Translations under genes and position numbers: made by a program
IMG/VR virus record: IMGVR_UViG_3300025736_000022
DNA from: an uncultured virus (IMG/VR IMGVR_UViG_3300025736_000022)
Taxonomy: Duplodnaviria > Heunggongvirae > Uroviricota > Caudoviricetes
DNA length: 20,000 bases
Strand: one strand, 5' to 3'
Shown: one piece after another, positions 16,727 through 20,000 of the stretch
How positions within the stretch are numbered: the first letter of the stretch is position 1
Layout of the letters: each line of letters begins with the position of its first letter
The notes under the pieces: model-generated
Told to the model about the DNA's origin: nothing
Database searches by the model: none
What the model saw: the letters and a program-made list of their open reading frames with translations, nothing else

Positions 16727-17341
16727 CTAGTCAATCTCCTTTCTGTATTCGATATAAGCGTTGAGCTTACTCGTAGGAGAATGACTTATTACTTCCAATC
16801 CTTTCTCTTTCATAATTTTCAATGCTGTTACAAAATGCCCAAAGTATTCTGTGAGATGTGTTACACCACTACGATATTGAGAATGAAAGTTACTTCCACC
16901 GTCATGATGCAAGTCCATTCCCAATAGATGAATCCTTTTCGCCCCCAATATTATAGCTAACTGCATTCCGCAAAATCCGCTATTCTGTCCAGTGCAAAAT
17001 TCCGTATCCCCCTCAATGTAAATCTGACCATCAAAACGAGTGGGTTTGATATGCCACTCATACTGTTCCAAATAAGGTTCGACCCTGTGAAAGAATTTAT
17101 GATCTTCCCGCATCACAAGAACCTTATAACCTACACATTCCCAAAAGTTATTAATTGCCGCTCGCCGAGCATACGTGCTATCGGCCGTTATGAAATATGA
17201 AAGATTTGGAACGTATTTAATCGCCCCATTAACCGCAATCGTCGTTTTGTAACGTATTTGATCCCAGTCAAAATCTTTCAGCGAAGGCCCACAGCCAACA
17301 ACATACACATCATCAGGAATAGAAAGGTGTTGATTATTCAT
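16727..17341 (-). CDS. Maf/MptE-like, sialyltransferase-fold (CstII/GT29-like) putative glycosyltransferase
   Basis: VVGCGPSL, TIAVN, YFITAD and NSGFCGMQLAIILGAKRIHLLGMD..FH. Confidence 0.78.
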   Translation of the reverse strand: MNNQHLSIPDDVYVVGCGPSLKDFDWDQIRYKTTIAVNGAIKYVPNLSYFITADSTYARRAAINNFWECVGYKVLVMREDHKFFHRVEPYLEQYEWHIKPTRFDGQIYIEGDTEFCTGQNSGFCGMQLAIILGAKRIHLLGMDLHHDGGSNFHSQYRSGVTHLTEYFGHFVTALKIMKEKGLEVISHSPTSKLNAYIEYRKEID

Positions 17342-17354
17342 ATCAATATCCTAA

Positions 17355-20000
17355 TTAATACCACGAATATGTACCAAACGAACTTACAATATTCCAAGTC
17401 CCTGCAATAAGACATCTAATCTCAACCACCGATTCATCAGCAGACAATTCCAAATCTGTAACCCTGCCTGCAAATACATCGGCACCCGCAGCAGCTACTC
17501 GCAAAGCGTCTGAAGGCACTCGAATAAATCTAAGTGCCGTCCCCGCTGCTGCTGAAGGCAATGTAAACGTAATAGTTCTAGATGCCCCAACATTCGTAAA
17601 TGTCTTTCCGTTATCCGCTGTCAATACTGTATAGTCCGCAGTCTTGGCTGTCGGTGTATCTGTGAGTGGCTGTGGAATAGCAGAACCTAAAATCGTTCCA
17701 CCGGTAATCGTAACACCATCACTATCCTGAGTTGCTATTGTGCCAAGACCAAGTGTTCCCCTGGCCGCCGCTGCATCAGCATCATCTAGCAAGGTCTTGG
17801 CAAACGCCGTCACCGTCTCACCGAACAACGTGCCAAACGCGGTGAACGTCGCCTTAGTAGACTCTGCGCCAAAGTCGCCGCTGGACGTGCACACCCATCC
17901 AAGAATGCCCGTAGTAGGTGCTGTATGTAGTACTACCTCACCCGCACGATAGTAGTAGCTATCGGGGACTGCATTAGCAAAAAACACGCCCCTGGCTGTC
18001 GAATCAGTCAAAGCTCGAATCCGCACACCCTTGGGCAAACTAGAAGTAGTGTAGACTTCTAGGGGCCCAACAATCATTCCTGCACCATCATCGATACCGA
18101 AATACATCAGTCTATCGTCAGCACCCGTTCCGGTAAAACCACCCGCCTCAAACTCCGTGTTGAACGATGAGATGGAAACGCAGTGAGTCCCCAGATCCAC
18201 ATCCTGCTGAAATTTGCAGCCGATCAAAATCAACGGCTTGTACATATCGTAGCTAATAACATCCGCTGCTGGTGCAGGTGAGTTATCTTGCTGAAAACCG
18301 CTCATGATGTTTGGGGCTAACGAAGCGCTGGCCGACGCGGCCGCTGCCGACGTGGTCAACACAACATCCGATTCTGACTTGCAGGCGTAGAGATGGAACC
18401 CAGCGATGGGGCCATTGAGATAGATGTCACTCGTCCCGCTGTTTGCCCAGAAGTGGCCGAACGCCGTGATCTGCCCGGCGTCGATTTGGGTGCCGTAGGT
18501 CGTCGCGTCGAGGTTGGCGCCGTTCCTGAATGTCACTTGCCGGGGCCCACCTCGGAGCTTTGTGTTGATCCCGTTATAGCTGATCGTGCAGTTCTCGAAC
18601 TCGACATAATCGCAGGCCGCGTTGCTGTGCTGCTGGTAGACATCGACGCCGACGCCCGCGCAGTACTGGACGATCAGATTATTGAACGTGTTGCGCTGGC
18701 TCGGGAGGCCGCTGGCGGTGGTGATGAGAAGCCCATTGACGCCAGAGGTGCTGTTGCCATGCAACCATAGATCCTCGATGGTGCTCTCAGAGATAGACGT
18801 CATCTCGATCATCGTGCCGGATGCCGCCCCGATCCACTTGATTTGCGGCTGGCCCTCGCCATAGATGTGCAGGCCGATCTCCGTGGCACTGCCGTCACCG
18901 ATAGACAGCTTTGTGCCAATCCCGTAGTAACTGGACGGTTGCGGGAAGAAAATGGCCCGACCGGACGCAATCCCTGCGTTGATGCACGCCTGGATACTGC
19001 TGCTGTCATCCGAGCCGTCGCCTTTGGCTCCGAAGTCGGACACAGACAACGGTTGCTGTGACACATGGTCGGGCATGATATCAACGGAGAACTCGTCAAT
19101 TTCGACCGTTCCGGTCGATTCGTCATAGTTAACCAGAATGGTAGGCCGGAACCACCGCACGTCATCGTGTAGGATGCCCGGCGCCCCGGGGTCAGGCTTG
19201 GCCCCCGCGTCACCGGTCGATCCGGTGCCTCGGAAATAGCCGGTGTAGACGGTCCAACCTGAACCCACAGACTCCGCGCTGGCCGCGATGTAGTGCTGTG
19301 AACCGATCTGGTCAAGGCCATGCACATTCACCCACGCATCGTCGGCGCCGTTGCGGCCGCTGACGCCAAGGTATGCCGTCCCAACGCCGGCCGTTTGACG
19401 GGTGCGCACGCGGATGCGGTACAACCACCCCGGATCGAATGGGAAGGAATCTTTGTAAATCAACCACGCTTGACCGTTGCTGACGCGCAGGAACTTGCCA
19501 CCACTGACGCCACCGCTCTGGATGGAAAGCTCACCGCTACCGCTCTGGTTGACCCACCGTGTCGCGACGTCGTTGTCTGGATTTTGAAAGTAGTCATGGA
19601 ACGTTTTGGCGCCCTTGACGCCTTCGACGCAATTGTCTAACTGGATATCGCCTTCGTGGTCGCCAGTTACGTCAGCACCGTCCTCGGGCTTGTGCCCGTC
19701 GTCATCGACGATAAGCGACCAAGACCCATCGACCGTTGCAATTTGTATCCAAGCAGCGCCACTATATCGCTTGAGCATATTGGGCGAAACACTCGTGTCA
19801 CACCATACCCAGCCTTCCTGAGGTGAACCAGGAGCCGCGACGCCAACGTGCGTAATATCTACCGCATTGTTCGCAGTTACGTCAGCACCGTCCTCGGGCT
19901 TGTGCCCGTCGTCATCGACGATAAGCGACCAAGACCCATCGACCGTTGCAATTTGTATCCAAGCAGCGCCACTATATCGCTTGAGCATATTGGGCGAAAC
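17355..20000 (-). CDS. Tail fibre/tailspike receptor-binding protein with pectin-lyase-like beta-helix (5' end outside window)
   Basis: Open to the window edge. Contains a 70-aa repeat with APGSPQEGWVWCDT..LKRYSGAAW, a jelly-roll/CBM-like region, SVSDFGAKGDGSDDSSSIQACIN..IFFP (beta-helix cap), GWVCTSSG, and FAKTLLDDADAAAARGTLGLG. Confidence 0.85.
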   Translation of the reverse strand, partial: VSPNMLKRYSGAAWIQIATVDGSWSLIVDDDGHKPEDGADVTANNAVDITHVGVAAPGSPQEGWVWCDTSVSPNMLKRYSGAAWIQIATVDGSWSLIVDDDGHKPEDGADVTGDHEGDIQLDNCVEGVKGAKTFHDYFQNPDNDVATRWVNQSGSGELSIQSGGVSGGKFLRVSNGQAWLIYKDSFPFDPGWLYRIRVRTRQTAGVGTAYLGVSGRNGADDAWVNVHGLDQIGSQHYIAASAESVGSGWTVYTGYFRGTGSTGDAGAKPDPGAPGILHDDVRWFRPTILVNYDESTGTVEIDEFSVDIMPDHVSQQPLSVSDFGAKGDGSDDSSSIQACINAGIASGRAIFFPQPSSYYGIGTKLSIGDGSATEIGLHIYGEGQPQIKWIGAASGTMIEMTSISESTIEDLWLHGNSTSGVNGLLITTASGLPSQRNTFNNLIVQYCAGVGVDVYQQHSNAACDYVEFENCTISYNGINTKLRGGPRQVTFRNGANLDATTYGTQIDAGQITAFGHFWANSGTSDIYLNGPIAGFHLYACKSESDVVLTTSAAAASASASLAPNIMSGFQQDNSPAPAADVISYDMYKPLILIGCKFQQDVDLGTHCVSISSFNTEFEAGGFTGTGADDRLMYFGIDDGAGMIVGPLEVYTTSSLPKGVRIRALTDSTARGVFFANAVPDSYYYRAGEVVLHTAPTTGILGWVCTSSGDFGAESTKATFTAFGTLFGETVTAFAKTLLDDADAAAARGTLGLGTIATQDSDGVTITGGTILGSAIPQPLTDTPTAKTADYTVLTADNGKTFTNVGASRTITFTLPSAAAGTALRFIRVPSDALRVAAAGADVFAGRVTDLELSADESVVEIRCLIAGTWNIVSSFGTYSWY
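19664..20000. repeat. Exact intragenic direct repeat, period 210 nt (70 aa)
   Basis: 19664-19790 is identical over 127 nt to 19874-20000. The second copy is cut by the window end. Confidence 0.95.

Noticed and set aside
6653..17341. Known thymidine or cytosine hypermodification pathway
   Set aside because: ThyX looks canonical, and no hydroxymethylase, 5-hmU kinase, aGPT-Pplase or TET/JBP gene is recognisable here. A DNA target stays only an alternative hypothesis.
18393..19640. Several 60-172 aa alternative-frame ORFs inside the tail gene
   Set aside because: Expected by-product of locally high GC, with no motifs.
19664..20000. Repeat as a CRISPR array or diversity-generating retroelement TR/VR pair
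   Set aside because: The unit is in-frame coding with a 210-nt period, there are no adenine-specific mismatches, and no reverse transcriptase or cas gene is in the window.
1..20000. tRNA, rRNA, integrase or IS elements; specific sigma-70 promoters
   Set aside because: None recognisable by eye. Intergenic gaps are short and no convincing -35/-10 pair could be supported.

Overview
This window looks like part of a large dsDNA tailed-phage genome (about 40% GC, densely packed, standard genetic code, no host housekeeping context). It holds two convergent gene blocks. The + strand block (1-8829) is a recombination and nucleotide-metabolism module: RecA C-terminus, a free-standing HNH-AP2 endonuclease, a 5'-3' flap exonuclease, a sigma-70-like protein, a PD-(D/E)xK resolvase, a DUF4326-like protein, an SbcCD/Mre11-Rad50 system whose ATPase is split around the nuclease gene, and ThyX carrying a 304-aa HNH-type intein. 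The - strand block (>20000-8895) starts with a mosaic tail fibre/tailspike gene. Eleven tightly coupled enzyme genes follow it: a Maf/sialyltransferase-like protein, three GT-A glycosyltransferase-like proteins, two tandem paralogous SAM methyltransferases, a methyltransferase-ParB/Srx fusion, a class V PLP enzyme, a RimK-like ATP-grasp ligase, a HAD phosphatase and a PIG-L deacetylase. This 11-gene cluster is the best candidate for an undescribed system, probably virion glycosylation with glycan tailoring, or alternatively DNA or small-molecule modification. All family calls come from motif recognition by eye; no database search was run.
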